The notes: generated by a model not told the origin, from the letters alone. Shown: positions 12,592-24,948, counted from the stretch's first letter. The stretch is DNA of 64,000 bases from Podarcis melisellensis (GCA_964234715.1 OZ174280.1), one strand, 5' to 3'. Numbers and translations: made by a program.

Positions 12592-14019
12592 GTGAGGCTA
12601 TTAGTTTCTTGGGTGGTGATTCATACATTGTTTCTTATCCTCAAGTATTTTCCCATCGCTCTCAGCCTTTTGGCTAAGATCAAGTGTAGTATTTTCTGTA
12701 GTTCAAGTTACAGTTGGATTGGAGTCTTCCCCATGGATTCAGTGAATTTAATTTAATTTAGGGTGTATGGATTCTCCCACCTCCTTCTCTAACACTAGTG
12801 GCAGGATCATACACCTTCTTGTTAACTTTGTTGCATGTGATTTGGTTGGAAAGGTACTCGGCCTCATTTCCAACATCACAAGTTGGATGATGGGAAGGGT
12901 ATCCCAATGAGCTCTGTACATTGGGCAGTATCCCCTTGAGACTCTAGCCCACTGGTTTTCACTTTGCACCCCTGCTTCACCTACCCATCCCTACAGCTTC
13001 TCTCAGCCCTTTTGAAGAAGATGCAAGAAACTGCACCACTGAGTGTTGAGTATTTAGGTCATGTACTAGAAAGAAAGCATGCTCCAGGAGTATGACTAAA
13101 TAACTATGGAGGTGCAGGATTCGGTGGAGATTGCAGACAGTCGTGGAATGGTATCTGTGGCTGTGTTTAAAAACTGCTAGCCATATTGTAAAAGTATAAT
13201 GTCTCATACAACGTTTCTATCACACTATTATGACACATGCAGGCTCCCCACCCATCCCGGCATTCATTGTAAAACCAATAGGATTAACAGGCAGATGCCC
13301 TCAGTGCCACTTTCACAGACTCGGGGACCCCCATATTCCTGACAGAAGCCTGCATATGTATTTTGCCACCCAACACCTTTCTGTAATGTTAACTTGGATG
13401 GTAAGCTTGGATGGTAATGTGTCATCAGTTAAACATTGTAGGGGGACCTGGTCTGAGGAACAAATATGCATCCCTAAAGAGCCCCTCAAGCTGCTGTTTA
13501 GCAGTGAATGTTTGCTGTCCTAAAAGCACATCGAAAATAGTAAAAAATAAAATTTATTTGAGGTGCACACAGAATATTACAGCTTCTTCAAGTAACTTTC
13601 AGCAGGGTACAAAAGCCAGAGTTGTAAGGTTTGGGGTGCAATACATCTCTTACTGTCTCGCTTTTGAAAAAAACTTAACTGTCTTTGGAAGTGAAACTGG
13701 AAGGAATGTTTTACTACACCTTGATTTAGAAGTTGCTAGGGCTACTTGGACCCAGATGCAGTTAATAGACAGGATCCAGCTTGTGGGCTGCCAACTGACT
13801 ATCCTTGATCTTATTAGCTGACAATAGTTGCTTTCTGAAACTAGGTGTGCAATGGTTTTGTTCCTTTTGTTTAGCAAAGCATATTTGCATGCATACCACT
13901 TAAATTAGATGGAACTTGGTGGCCTTACTGCTGCCCCCTTCCCCATCCCAAAGTTTCAGTCCAAGTGCCTTTTTGTTGTTGTTCATAAGATATGGCTCCC
14001 AGTACTTTTCTGAGCACAA

Positions 14020-14353
14020 TTCAAACTGTTGTTTGAATTTAAAGCCCTAAATGCTCTCAGCCCAGTATACCTGAAGGAGCGTCTCCACCCCCATCGTTCA
14101 GCCCAGACCCTGTGATCCAGCACTGAGGGCCTTCTCGTAGTGGCGCCCACCCTGTGGAATGCCCTCCCATCAGATGTTAAGGAGATGAGTAATTATATAA
14201 CATTTAGGAAACATCTGAAAGCAGCCCTGTATAGGGAAGCTTTTTAAGGTTTAATGTTTTATTATGTTTTTATATATGCTGGAAGGCAGCCAGAGTGGCT
14301 GGGGCAATCCAGTCAAATGGGTGGTGTACAAATTATTATTATATTATTATTAT

Positions 14354-14403
<50 letters not shown>

Positions 14404-14405
14404 AT
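14020..14405 (+). mobile_element. L2-clade LINE 3' end with (ATT)n tail
   Basis: Clearly homologous, in opposite orientation, to 19835-20700; long (ATT)n tail at 14332-14402. Confidence 0.85.
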
Positions 14406-16654
14406 TAATTAATTACTTCTACTACTACAAATAATTCTTGAAGCAAGTCTTAAAATGCTTGCCTCTCTTTCCAAGGGAAGGTAAAAGGATCACTAAAACT
14501 CCAGAGGCAAGGCTAGAGCATGTACCTAACCCCTGGGTAATATCCATACATTACTGTTCCTGTATATTCCCTTTGTGTGTATCTTGAATGAGACACAGGT
14601 AGGTCCACCTGTATCTTCTTTCTTTCTATTTGAGTGCCATACAAAGCAGTCCTGCTGTTGTTTTTTTACTGCAACAACTATATTTGCAAAAGGGAACAGT
14701 GCTGAAAATTGGGATAGCATTGATGGGAGGAACCCGTTCAGCGTGGTGCCCCAACACAGCCTGTGCATGTTCCCTGCACTGACCAAGCACAACGTTCAGA
14801 GTTGGGAATTGCGCAGGGGATGTAATTAATAAGCAGCCGCTCATCTGTTCCCCAGCCCTTGCCTTTTCCCTACAGCCCGCAATTTATTAAAGCGGGGCCT
14901 TTGCGAGGCAGGCTCTCACTAAAAAACCTCTCAGCCTATGTTCCCATGTTTCTAATGTAACCATTAAAACGTAGCCCGAAGACAGCAATAAAAACCCTGG
15001 AACGCCTTAGTGCTTTTGTGTCTTGATCAAAGTCAATGTGTGTAATCTCGTTAAGGCTGCCCTTCCCTCCTCCTCCTCTTTATGAATTTAATGGCACGCG
15101 GCAGCTGGGCTGGGTGTTTCATACTCTCTGACCTGCATTGTTCTAATTAAGGTATCTCCTTTTATTTTGGGCACAAAAGAGACGCTTGTGTGTGCCTACT
15201 GTGTATGTGTGGTTTTTTAGAGTAGCAAGGAACCTTGGCGTAATGGATTTAATAATTGCCACAAGTTACCTTTCTTTGGATGCAAAGCTGGCTTTCTTCC
15301 CTCTTGGTGAGGAGAGTGCCGCGAGTCCTCTGTGTGCAGCACACATGGAAAAATGTGCTCCGTAAAGAGGGCAGCATATTTCTCATGTTGTGCAATAAAC
15401 AATTTGTTGCAGTTAATGGGAGTTATGGGGCGAGGCTGGCTTGCTGGGCTTCCTGACATGTTTGAACATTTCTGGAGATTTGCCATTCTTCCCCCCGTTA
15501 GGGAAAAAGTCAAGCTTTTCCTTCTGTGTCTGTGTTTTATATGACCAGACTAAATGTTTGCTTGGACTTCTTTGTACTGAGGACTAAGTAAGGAAACTGG
15601 AAACAAAGTGGGCATGAAATTCTTAAATTTACATAGGGATGAACATATGTCTTTGCCTGAGCCAAAGCATTCTCCAAATATTTCCCTTCATTTTTGACTG
15701 GCCTCCCAGAAATGACTGTCACGTTCTTCACTCTGGGTGACAGTTTTACCTGCTAATCATTAATATGTCATTTTCAATGCATAAAGTTATTTTCCATCCT
15801 TATCCTTTTCATCTCCCCAAGAACAACCATGTTTAGCTGCTTTCCCATTTCCCATCTGGGAACTATAGCTGTAACAGCCCTGATATTGGAAATACAGTTG
15901 CTGCATTTGTTGAAAGGAAACAGAGTTTAAAAAGGCAGTGGGAATAAAAGACTACCCACAGCGATGAGAGATTTGGACCCAATTTAATCCTGTTTTCTGG
16001 TCAGCTGGAGCAACTGCTTCCAAAGTAAGAAAACAGTGCAGTTTGGGACATAGAGAGTTATTAGGATGAGGAAACTGAAGCGGGAGGAAAGGATGTTTTC
16101 TTTGCCTCTTCCTCTCCATGTATAAAATTAAGTTTGTAGCAGAAATGCTTGTTTGCCTTCAATATAGTGACCTAATTTAGATGTAAGGGAGGTAAACAAA
16201 GAGCCCAGGTTTGGACAGCACACTAAACTATAGCTTAGCCCCAAAAAGCATGGCAGCAAGGGAGGGAGGGGCAGAGCAGCTGTAATTTCCTCTCTGAGAG
16301 CCTGCAGGTTAATGCTAAACCATGGTTTGACTTAGCATTATGTGCAAACTGAGCCGGTAGCAAAGCTTACCAAGTTGCATTTGAAGATGTACAGGTAGCA
16401 CTTGTCTCTAGTGCATAGCAGTTGGGGTTCCTGTTGCCTGCATGGCTTCCTGGCAGACCTTGTGGATACTTATCTTCTCCACGTAGAATACTTTTAAGAG
16501 AGGGAACATATTTTAGCAAGTAAGATGAAACAATATTAGGCTACACAGACTAAAGTCTGATTCAGAATAAGGCAGCTTTTTAAGTGTATACTGCTCAAAT
16601 ATTCAAAACTCTTTAAAAACATCAAAATGCTGGAACTGCATAGAGCCCAAGCAA

Positions 16655-16850
16655 ATTTATTATTGTTATTTATTAAATTTCTATATTGTCCTTCTGCCAA
16701 AGATCACAGGGAGGTTTACATATAAAACACCAAAACATACCACAATAACTAACAAAAACAATACCCCCATATGCACACAGTTTAAAAGGCCATAGATAGT
16801 TTCAGTTAGCCCAAAGATGTGGGAGTAGAGGAATGTCTTGCCTGATACTA
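16655..16850 (-). mobile_element. Old LINE (L2-like) 3' tail fragment
   Basis: Similar to 49880-50070 (aagatcacagggaggtttaca ... tttaaaaggccatag ... agccaaa) and to the reverse complement of the distal part of 7735-7995. Confidence 0.5.
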
Positions 16851-19834
16851 AATATATGTAACTTATACATGGATTATATGACGTATTCATTGATAGATAG
16901 ATTTGAGTTTTTGTGCGGGATTTTGAATTGTTTTAGCCCAGAGTCCTCCTCCTGTTGAAGATACATGCACCAAGTGTCTGATAGTTGGTATGCAAACCCT
17001 AGAAACAATGTAGACCCCTGACTGCAGCATACAATCTAGAGCAAAAGTGAGGAGCCTGTGTCCCTTGGCCTAATCTCATGTGGGTGGGGGAGCCCACAGG
17101 GACATAAGGAGAATGGGGTGTTGAAGGAAGCAAGCCTGAAAGGTAACAATGGAAATGGGAGGTGGGTCCCCTGTAATTGATCAGTACAGAACTATAGTAA
17201 GAGTTATCTGGCCCTCTCCTGGCTTGCCTGCTGGGCAGGGAGAAAGTAGGCGATCTGAAGAAAGGGAGAAGGGATGGCCTGCCCATTCTTGCTTCTGGCC
17301 ATGCCCACTGCCCAGTATGTGGCTCCTGGGAGATTACCCTTGAGAGATTTCTGCCCTTTACAGAAAAAATAATCTCGACGCAGAAATTGACAAGACATAT
17401 AGGGGGAAAGTGAAAGAAAAGGAAAGAAGTGTCCGTGAGGATAAGCCAGGGCGTTTAACCTCACCCCGATGAGTACATTGTTCTTATAACCTTTCCCTGC
17501 ATCTCTCCTCTCTCTTTTTCCTCCATACACCCTATGCAGGCTTGGGTGAACGGCATAGCTCAGGTGTTAGGATCATGATTATGCTTCTTGCCCCTCCAGA
17601 ATCTTGTGGTCTTGGTCCTCTCCCCTTCTTTGGTATGTGTTCCTCTTTTTCCCCATCCATAACATGGTGATTGCATAGTTCTCTTAGCAAGGCATTGATG
17701 AGCTTGTAACCTTTGAGTGAAATTTGTTCTCTCTAATCTCTTCAATGGCAAAGCTCCCGCCTCTTTTGCAGATTAGGCAAAGGAATTATCGTGCGCTGCA
17801 AATGTTCAGTTTTCCAGGTTTTGAAGAAAATTCTCCACCATGTTCTCAAAGCACTGTTCCTTCCTGACATAGTGTGAGATATAATGACTTTGCAAAGTGG
17901 GTAGTACTCATTATTTTTCAAAACTCCCCAAAGTGATTAGCCTGCATTCTAGAATCAATCACTTGCCAAAATTTAATTAAGAATGCGTGGGGGCAAATAA
18001 AACCCTTCTCTTCATCATTCCTTTTTGGTGCCGGTGTTTCAGCCCCGGAGCTACGTTTTGCAGCCGGGTTTTATAAACCCTGGAAAACTGGGGTTTATAA
18101 CGGAAAAGCTGAGGTGGCCTTCAGTGCAGCATACACTGCTGTTACCCATCAAGGCTTTTCCATGGGGCCACGATGAAAGGAGCAGGAGGACATTTCAGAT
18201 ATTTTTTTTCCATGTTCAACAGGTGTGGCTTATTATTCCACAGTATTTTTATTTCAAGGGAAAAGTTTAGTAACCCCAGCTGGCAGGTGAGCAGGATGGG
18301 GTTGGGGAAGGAAGTCCCTTTTCACTGGCTCCATGCCAGGGCATGTGGAGAGGCTTGTTTAATTGCTTCTGTAACGAGTACTATATGCAGGGTTGAGAAA
18401 TGTTTAAATAGAAGAGTGAGCCTGTGAGTGCCTTAAACTTCTGTTGCGCATAGCCCACATCCCTGGATGTAATCAGCAGGCCTTGTAGCTTGCCATTCAA
18501 AATGCAGTTTCTCTGTGTGACTGGGGTGGGTGGGCTGGGGCGAGATCTGTTCTTGGAATAAATTGTTCATGTTAAGCTTCCTCAGAGTAGGTCGGTATAA
18601 GTCCGCAACCTTTGTCTTGCTTACCTTTTTCTGTGCAAAATACCCTTATAACTCATATTTCATTTACCCTCATAGCATCTGCTATTATAAAACAGGCTGC
18701 AGCATCCACAAAAAATTGAGACAAGTTTCCAATACCTGAAGCTAATTTTATGGGTACTGCTTTTGGTTCAGTTGGGTTACATTTTGTTGCATAATCACGA
18801 TTGGTAATATAGGTAACATGAAATTTGGGTTGGGGCTCATAAGACATGGTAGAGGTAAGAGGGGTGGGAGTGGTTCTGAGAGAGCCATTAAGTTCAGCTA
18901 CTGAAGCCTGTAGCATAAACTTGATGTTTTCATGTTCTCTGCAGCCATGATGGCTACCTACTTGGGAGCCAGCACTGATTTCCGCATAGTGGTTGCTGAT
19001 CAAGGAGGCATGGGGCAACTAGCACAGGGGAATCTAGCTGCAAGCACAGATTTGGCAGGGTCTTGCCTCCCTCCTCTAGCAACAACTGTATATGCCTCTA
19101 CTTTGTGTATATTGACGTACTAAGGCAGATGGGGTGAAGTAATATAGTACTTGTTTTTAAAATCTTGGGATTGCTTATCAAAGGATTTTGATCAGATTGT
19201 TTTACAATTTTAACTACCTTTGGATACTAATCTTTTAAATCCTGGTAGCTTCATCATTTAATTCCATTGCCTCTGTATTATACAGTTCTCAGAGTCTACC
19301 TCTTGCATATCTTCTCCATTTAATTAAATATTTATAAGTGACACTTTTGTGAAAATACAACAAAGTAGTGTACACCATTCAAAAATTACAGCCTGTGATT
19401 CCAGAGCTACATGGTGCATTCACAACCACAAAAGGGAGGTTGGATTGCAGACAGAGGATGAACTGATCACTTTTCTAAAGTTAGGTGCTAATATTTGATT
19501 CCCTCTCATTGCACTTCTTAGCTGATGTCCTAGGCTGCATTTGCTTTCAAAAAAGACACATACAGGGTTGCCTGCCACTCTTCTCATCTGCTGTCTGTCA
19601 CACCTGCCAAATCAGATGATGACTGGCATATCTTGACCCATATTCAGAGACTTAAGTTAACACCCCGACCTGTTAGGTTAATTGATAAATTGTGTCAGCC
19701 ATTGTTTTGCTTCATTTAGTTTTCAACTTCCTTTTTCCTTGCCCAGGTTTCAGTTTCCCTTAGTGGTGCAGATGAATTATTTATGTCTGTTCAAATGGAA
19801 GATGAGTTTTCTGTCTTTGGTTATTGAAGGGATT

Positions 19835-21938
19835 AATAATAATAATAATAATAATTTATTTATACCCACCCATCTGGGAGGCTTCCAACAAAATATTAAA
19901 ATACAGTGGTCTGTTAAACATTAAAAGCTTCCCTAAACAGGGCTGCCTTCAGATGTCGTCTAAAAGTCTGGTAGTTGGTCTTCTCTTTGACATCTGGTGG
20001 GAGGGCGTTCCACAGGGTGGGTGCCACTACCGAGAAGGCCCTCTGCCTGGTTCCCTTTAACTTGGCTTCTTGCAGTGAGGGAATCACCAGAAGGCCCTCA
20101 GCGCTGGACCTTAGTGTCCAGGTAGAATGATGGGGGTGGAGATGCTCCTTCAGGTATACCGTCTTTTTCCCCTCCAAAAATGAAGGGGAAATCTGGGTGC
20201 GTCCTATGGGGCGAATGCAGGCTTTCGCTGAAGCCTGGAGAGCGAGGGGGGTCGGTGCGCACCGACCCCTCTCGCTCTCCAGGCTTCAGGAAGCTATCCG
20301 CTAGCCGTGGGAGACCCAGCTCTCCCAGGGCTAGCAGAGAGCTTGCCTGCACCCAGAAGCTTGGGGCGCGCTGAGCTCCGCACGCCCCAAGCTTCGGTAT
20401 TAGTGCAGCGCTCCGCTAGCCGTGGGAGAGCTGCGTGAAGTTGCGCAGCTTCCCCAAGGCTAGCCGGCAGCCAGAAGCTTGGGGCGCGCTGAGCTCCGCA
20501 CGCCCCAAGCTTCGGGATTAGCAGAGAGCACCTGGAAGGGAAATAAAATTTTTCCCCCTTTATTCCCCCCCCCCCCAAAAAAACCTAGGTGCGTCCTATG
20601 GGGCAAAAAATATGGTACATACTGGACCAAGGCCGTTTAGGGCTTTAAAGGTCAGCACCAACACTTTGAATTGTGCTCGGAAACGTACTGGGAGCCCATG
20701 TAGGTCTTTCAAGACCGGTGTTATGTTGTCTCAGCGGCCGCTCCCAGTCACCAGTCTGGCTGCCGCATTCTGGATTAGTTGTAGTTTCCAGGTCACCTTC
20801 AAAGGTAGCCCCACATAGAGCACATTGCAGTAATCCAAGTGAGAGATAACTAGAGCATGCACCACTCTGGCGAGACAGTCCGCAGGCAGATAGGGTCTCA
20901 GCCTGCGTACCAGTTGGAGCTGGTAAACAGCTGCCCTGGACACAGATTTGACCTGTGCCTCCATGGACAGCTGTGAGTCCAAAATGACTCCCAGGCTGCG
21001 CTCCTGGTCCTTCAGGGGCACAGTTACCCCATTTAGGACCAGGGAGTCCTCCACACCCGCCCGCCTCCTGTCCCCCAAAAACAGTGCTTCTGTCTTGTCA
21101 GGATTCAACCTCAATCTGTTAGCCGCCATCCATCCTCCAACCGCCTCCAGACCTTCACTGGTTCCGATTTGAAAGAGAGGTAGAGCTGGGTGTCATCCAC
21201 ATATTGATGAACACCCAGCCCAAACCCCCTGATTATCTCTCCCAGTGGCTGCATATAGATGTTGAAAAGCATGGGGGAAGAGGCCAGAACCCTGAGGCAC
21301 CCCACAAGTGAGAGCCCAGAGGTCTGAACACTCATCTCCCACCACCACTTTCTGAACACTCATCTCCCACAAGGAAGAAGCGGAACCACTGTATAACAGT
21401 GCACCCAGCTCCCAGCCCCTCTAGACGATCCAGAAGGATGTTATGGTCGATGGTGTCAAAAGCCGCTGAGAGATCCAGCAGAACTAGGAAACAGCTCTCA
21501 CCTTTGTCCCTAGCCCGCCGGAGATCATTGACCAGTGTGACCAAGGCAGTTTCAGTCCCATGGTGAGGCCTGAATCCTGACTGGAAGGGATCCAAATGGT
21601 CCGCTTCTTCCAGGTATGCCTGGAGTTGTTCAGCAACCACTCGCTCAATCAGCTTGCCCAAGAATGGAAGATTTGAGACTGGGTGATAGTTGGCTATATT
21701 GGCAGCATCTAAAGATGGTTTTTTAAGAAGTGGTTCAATGACCGCCTCTTTCAGCAGGTCTGGGAAGGCTCCCTCACAGAGAGAAGCATTCACCACCCCA
21801 CGAAGCCCATTGCCCAGCCCTTCCTGGCTAGCTTTTATAAGCCGGGATAGGCAAGGATCAAGGAGACAGGTGATTGGTTTCACTCATCCAAGCAGCCTGT
21901 CCACATCCTCGGAGGTAACTGATTGGAATTGATCCCAA
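19835..21938 (-). mobile_element. 5'-truncated L2-clade LINE with broken reverse-transcriptase ORF2, interrupted by a MITE at 20159-20615
   Basis: ORF fragments encode RT motifs (NYHPVSNLPFLGKLIE, FQSGFRPHHGTETAL, LLDLSAAFDTIDH, QYVDDTQLY, LNPDKTE, LDYCN, QNAAARL, VAPTLWNALP); frameshifts and an in-frame TGA; (AAT)n tail at 19835-19855. Antisense within the RNF220 last intron. Confidence 0.93.
20159..20615. mobile_element. Tc1/mariner Tc2-like MITE nested in the L2 element
   Basis: TA-CCGTCTTTTT ... GGTGCGTCCTATGGGGCAAAAAATATGG-TA; TA duplication; L2 sequence resumes on both sides; CpG-rich internal duplicated palindromic units. Confidence 0.85.
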
Positions 21939-22571
21939 TAAGGTTCTCAGAGGCTGTAGTCAGACTATGCGTATTCAGCAATCACAGAACTGACTTCTTT
22001 CTAGCACCTTTCAAGTTTCCAGCATTCAGTGTTGCAAGATGAATCATACCTGGGCAGCAAAAACGCCTCTACTTCTCAAGCATTTTCCTCCATCTGCTCT
22101 ATCAACCTGGTTCTTGCCAAAATATTTTGAACACACATTTAATTTCATACATGTGCCATTGTTTTTCCCATCTTTGTGCTTTCTGCTCTGCCTGTTGGGA
22201 ACAGCTTTACTCTGAAGCCGACAAACTGTGAGGGATAGCCTTGAGGGCCCAGTGCCAGAACAAGTAATGTGAGAAGTGGCCCATGGAGTCAGTTTGAAAA
22301 TGAAAGCAAAAAGACGATGGTAGCAAATAAACTATGCGTCAGGTCCTTCATTTCTCTTCTGGTCTGCTACCAGCTGCCATTAGTAGCAGCTTTATATGAG
22401 GAAAGAGAGTCTGTCTCTTCCCTAGATTGAAGTCTAATTCACATAGTCTGCTTCCTGCAATTATGGGAAATAATGTGTAACTTCTGACTGCTTCCCTTTC
22501 TTACTCTATAGTGATGTGTTTGAGGTAGGGTTCTTTCTCTTTCTAACTTTCTCCCTTTTTATCTCCCACAG

Positions 22572-22643
22572 GGTGCCAAGAAGCTGTGCCCTCAGTGCAA
22601 TACCATCACCTCTCCAGGGGACCTCAGGCGTATCTACTTATGA
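22572..22643 (+). CDS. RNF220: RNF220 last coding exon (GAKKLCPQCNTITSPGDLRRIYL*)
   Basis: Long polypyrimidine tract and cccacag acceptor; final CPQC RING pair and the recognised LRRIYL C-terminus; TGA at 22641-22643. Confidence 0.97.
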   Translation, partial: GAKKLCPQCNTITSPGDLRRIYL

Positions 22644-23330
22644 AGGACATGGCTGCTCAGACCAGGGATTTGGGGGAAAGAAATGGCAGCAACAATGAAA
22701 GACATTTGAAAACAAAACCTAGAGACTCCAAATGTGAACTAGAGGCTGAGGGAGCAGCGCAATGCCTCTGCTTCCAAACCTGTCACTGGTGCCGCCAACT
22801 CCACGGGAAGGCCAAACCAGAATCCTTATTGTGAATCCCCGCCTTTTTTTACAGACTGATGTTCCACACCTGTCCTATTTCTTCAAGAGTGAGGTTTCAT
22901 CTTGGACGACTTTCAAGCCTTTCCAGGGGAGTGTCTTGACAAGCCAACCTGGCCCAACCCCACATGCCAACTCAAGTAGGGACTGGATCTTCCACAGCAG
23001 GAACTGTCATAACCTGTCACTTGTGTTCTCTCCCCTCCCCTTTTTTGTGGTGTTCTAGTGTTTTTTTAGAAGTCAGAGAGAAAGAGAGAGCCTACACTTG
23101 CAAACCCACAAAGGCAGAATGAAGCACATGTAATATAGACTATATGTTTACAATGTTGTGTATAAATGGGATAGACTCCAACATTACATACTAATATGTT
23201 TCCCTTTTATTTTTTCCTTTGTTCTTGGGTTGTACTTTTTTTAAAAAAGAGAAAAAAATAAGCAGAGAACATTAAACCCATATTTTTCTTGGTTCTACAA
23301 AGTTTTGGCATTAAAGTCATTAGTTTAAAA
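22644..23330 (+). other. RNF220: RNF220 3' UTR with candidate ATTAAA poly(A) signals at 23271-23276 and 23310-23315
   Basis: Follows the stop codon; repeat-free and increasingly AU-rich; two ATTAAA hexamers with U-rich sequence downstream. The 3' end is inferred. Confidence 0.6.
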
Positions 23331-24811
23331 GAAATATAAATATATATATATATTATACATATATATAATATAAATGGTTTAATGTTCTGTGGTGTATATT
23401 TCCTCATTCAGATATGACGTTAACAGCTTCTAGTAACAGCTGTAGTTTTTGCCCGTAACACAACTTCTGGGGGAAGTAGGGGAAAGTAGCTAACGGGCTC
23501 TTTTTATCAAATCTTTATCAACTGAAACAGTTTTAATTTTTCACTAAGGGGGAAAGCAAGAAACTTGCAGATCAGGCTTACAATGCTTTACCCCATTGCC
23601 AGCTGGGAAAAGGACAGAAGTTTACATGAAGACAGAGGAGCAAAAAATAGGTTGGCAGTGGTGGTTATCAGAATTCAGGGCTGTAAGTTTATCTCTTAAA
23701 AGCTGAAGTCTTAGTTCAAGCATATTGTATTCACCCGCCTCTGCGCCTGCTCTGTAGCCCTTCCTGTGATGCAAGAGTAAATGCAAAAACAGCTGAAAAA
23801 ACACCATATTCTAGCCATCCAGTATCTGAGCGGGAGGGTGGGGGCACAGGAAGTACTCTAGCACTTCCTTCATTCTACTTCCTCATGAAAGATGATGTGT
23901 TTCACTAGTTAGGCAGGTTCTGTATCACTCTGGCATTCTGTTTTGCCATGCCCAGCCACTGCCAGTCTGCCTTGCTCTGAAATGCTTTTCCATGCAGGTG
24001 CAGCATGATGTCCTAATTTTTCAGAGGTTCAGGTCCAGTAATACATCAGGTTCCAGTTTTGAAAAGAAAAGAAAGTGGGGTATGTGTTGGCTTTTTGTGA
24101 CACTGGTTTCGTTTCCTCCTGTTATCTCTCCTACTTGTACTGTGGCAATAGTAGAACTCAACCCAGGCAGGTCCACACAAGGTTGGATTCAGTTACTCCC
24201 TCTTCGCCTGTTTCTGCAGCGTTCCTGACATCAACCTTTTACTCAGACCCCTGTTCTGCATTTGAAAATATCTCCAGCTGTGGCTCACGTATATTCTGCT
24301 TACTACCTGCCTTAATCAGAAACAAGCAACTGACATTTTTAAATACATAGCCAAACAAGCCGCCTGCATTCCACCCGAGGGAAATTTTACAGGGTTGCCG
24401 GAAGCTTGAAAGGGGAAGCAAGCACTTTGCTTGGCAATAATTTGGGTAGGCAAATGTCCCTGTCATGAATCACCTTTTAAACTGAGGCAGACTGCTGCTC
24501 TGGGATATCCTGCAAGGTATTTTGTTCTTTTTCTCTAATCTGTGACTTAAGCACTAGAAAGTCATGGTTGCACTAAAACATCTGGCTATCGTCAGTCATG
24601 CTGTTGTCAAAAGGATTGGTTTTATATGAATGAGAGTTGTATTTTGCAGTACAGGATTCCATATTCCTGTTGCAATTTGGCTGATAATGTGCTACTGCTG
24701 TCTACTGAATGCAAGCTGGAAATGGCTATTATCAGCAGGGTCTTGCTGTTTGACTTCACCCTGTTCAACACACACTATTGTCTAGTAGGAAATAGTTTCA
24801 TACCCTTAGAG

Positions 24812-24948
24812 CAGGCGCAGCCAACATGATGCCCTCCAGATATTGGGACTACAACTCCAAATATCCCTAACCATTGGCCATGTTGGCTGGGGCTGGTGTG
24901 AGTTGGCAGTCCCTTGGCAGCTGGCAGGCACCATAGTGGCTACGACCG
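24812..24948. mobile_element. Old copy of the short hAT MITE family
   Basis: ccctccagatattgggactacaactcc core shared with 27030 and 55660; termini decayed. Confidence 0.6.

Noticed and set aside
12592-12756. Intron-retention isoform of RNF220 with a hydrophobic tail
   Set aside because: Ordinary T-rich intronic read-through after a good donor; no supporting signal.
20295-20525. CRISPR-like repeat/spacer array
   Set aside because: Only two units, internal to a TA-flanked MITE in vertebrate DNA; no cas genes.
19835-21938. Functional or domesticated reverse transcriptase gene
   Set aside because: 5'-truncated, several frameshifts, an in-frame stop, a YVDD variant and a MITE insertion.
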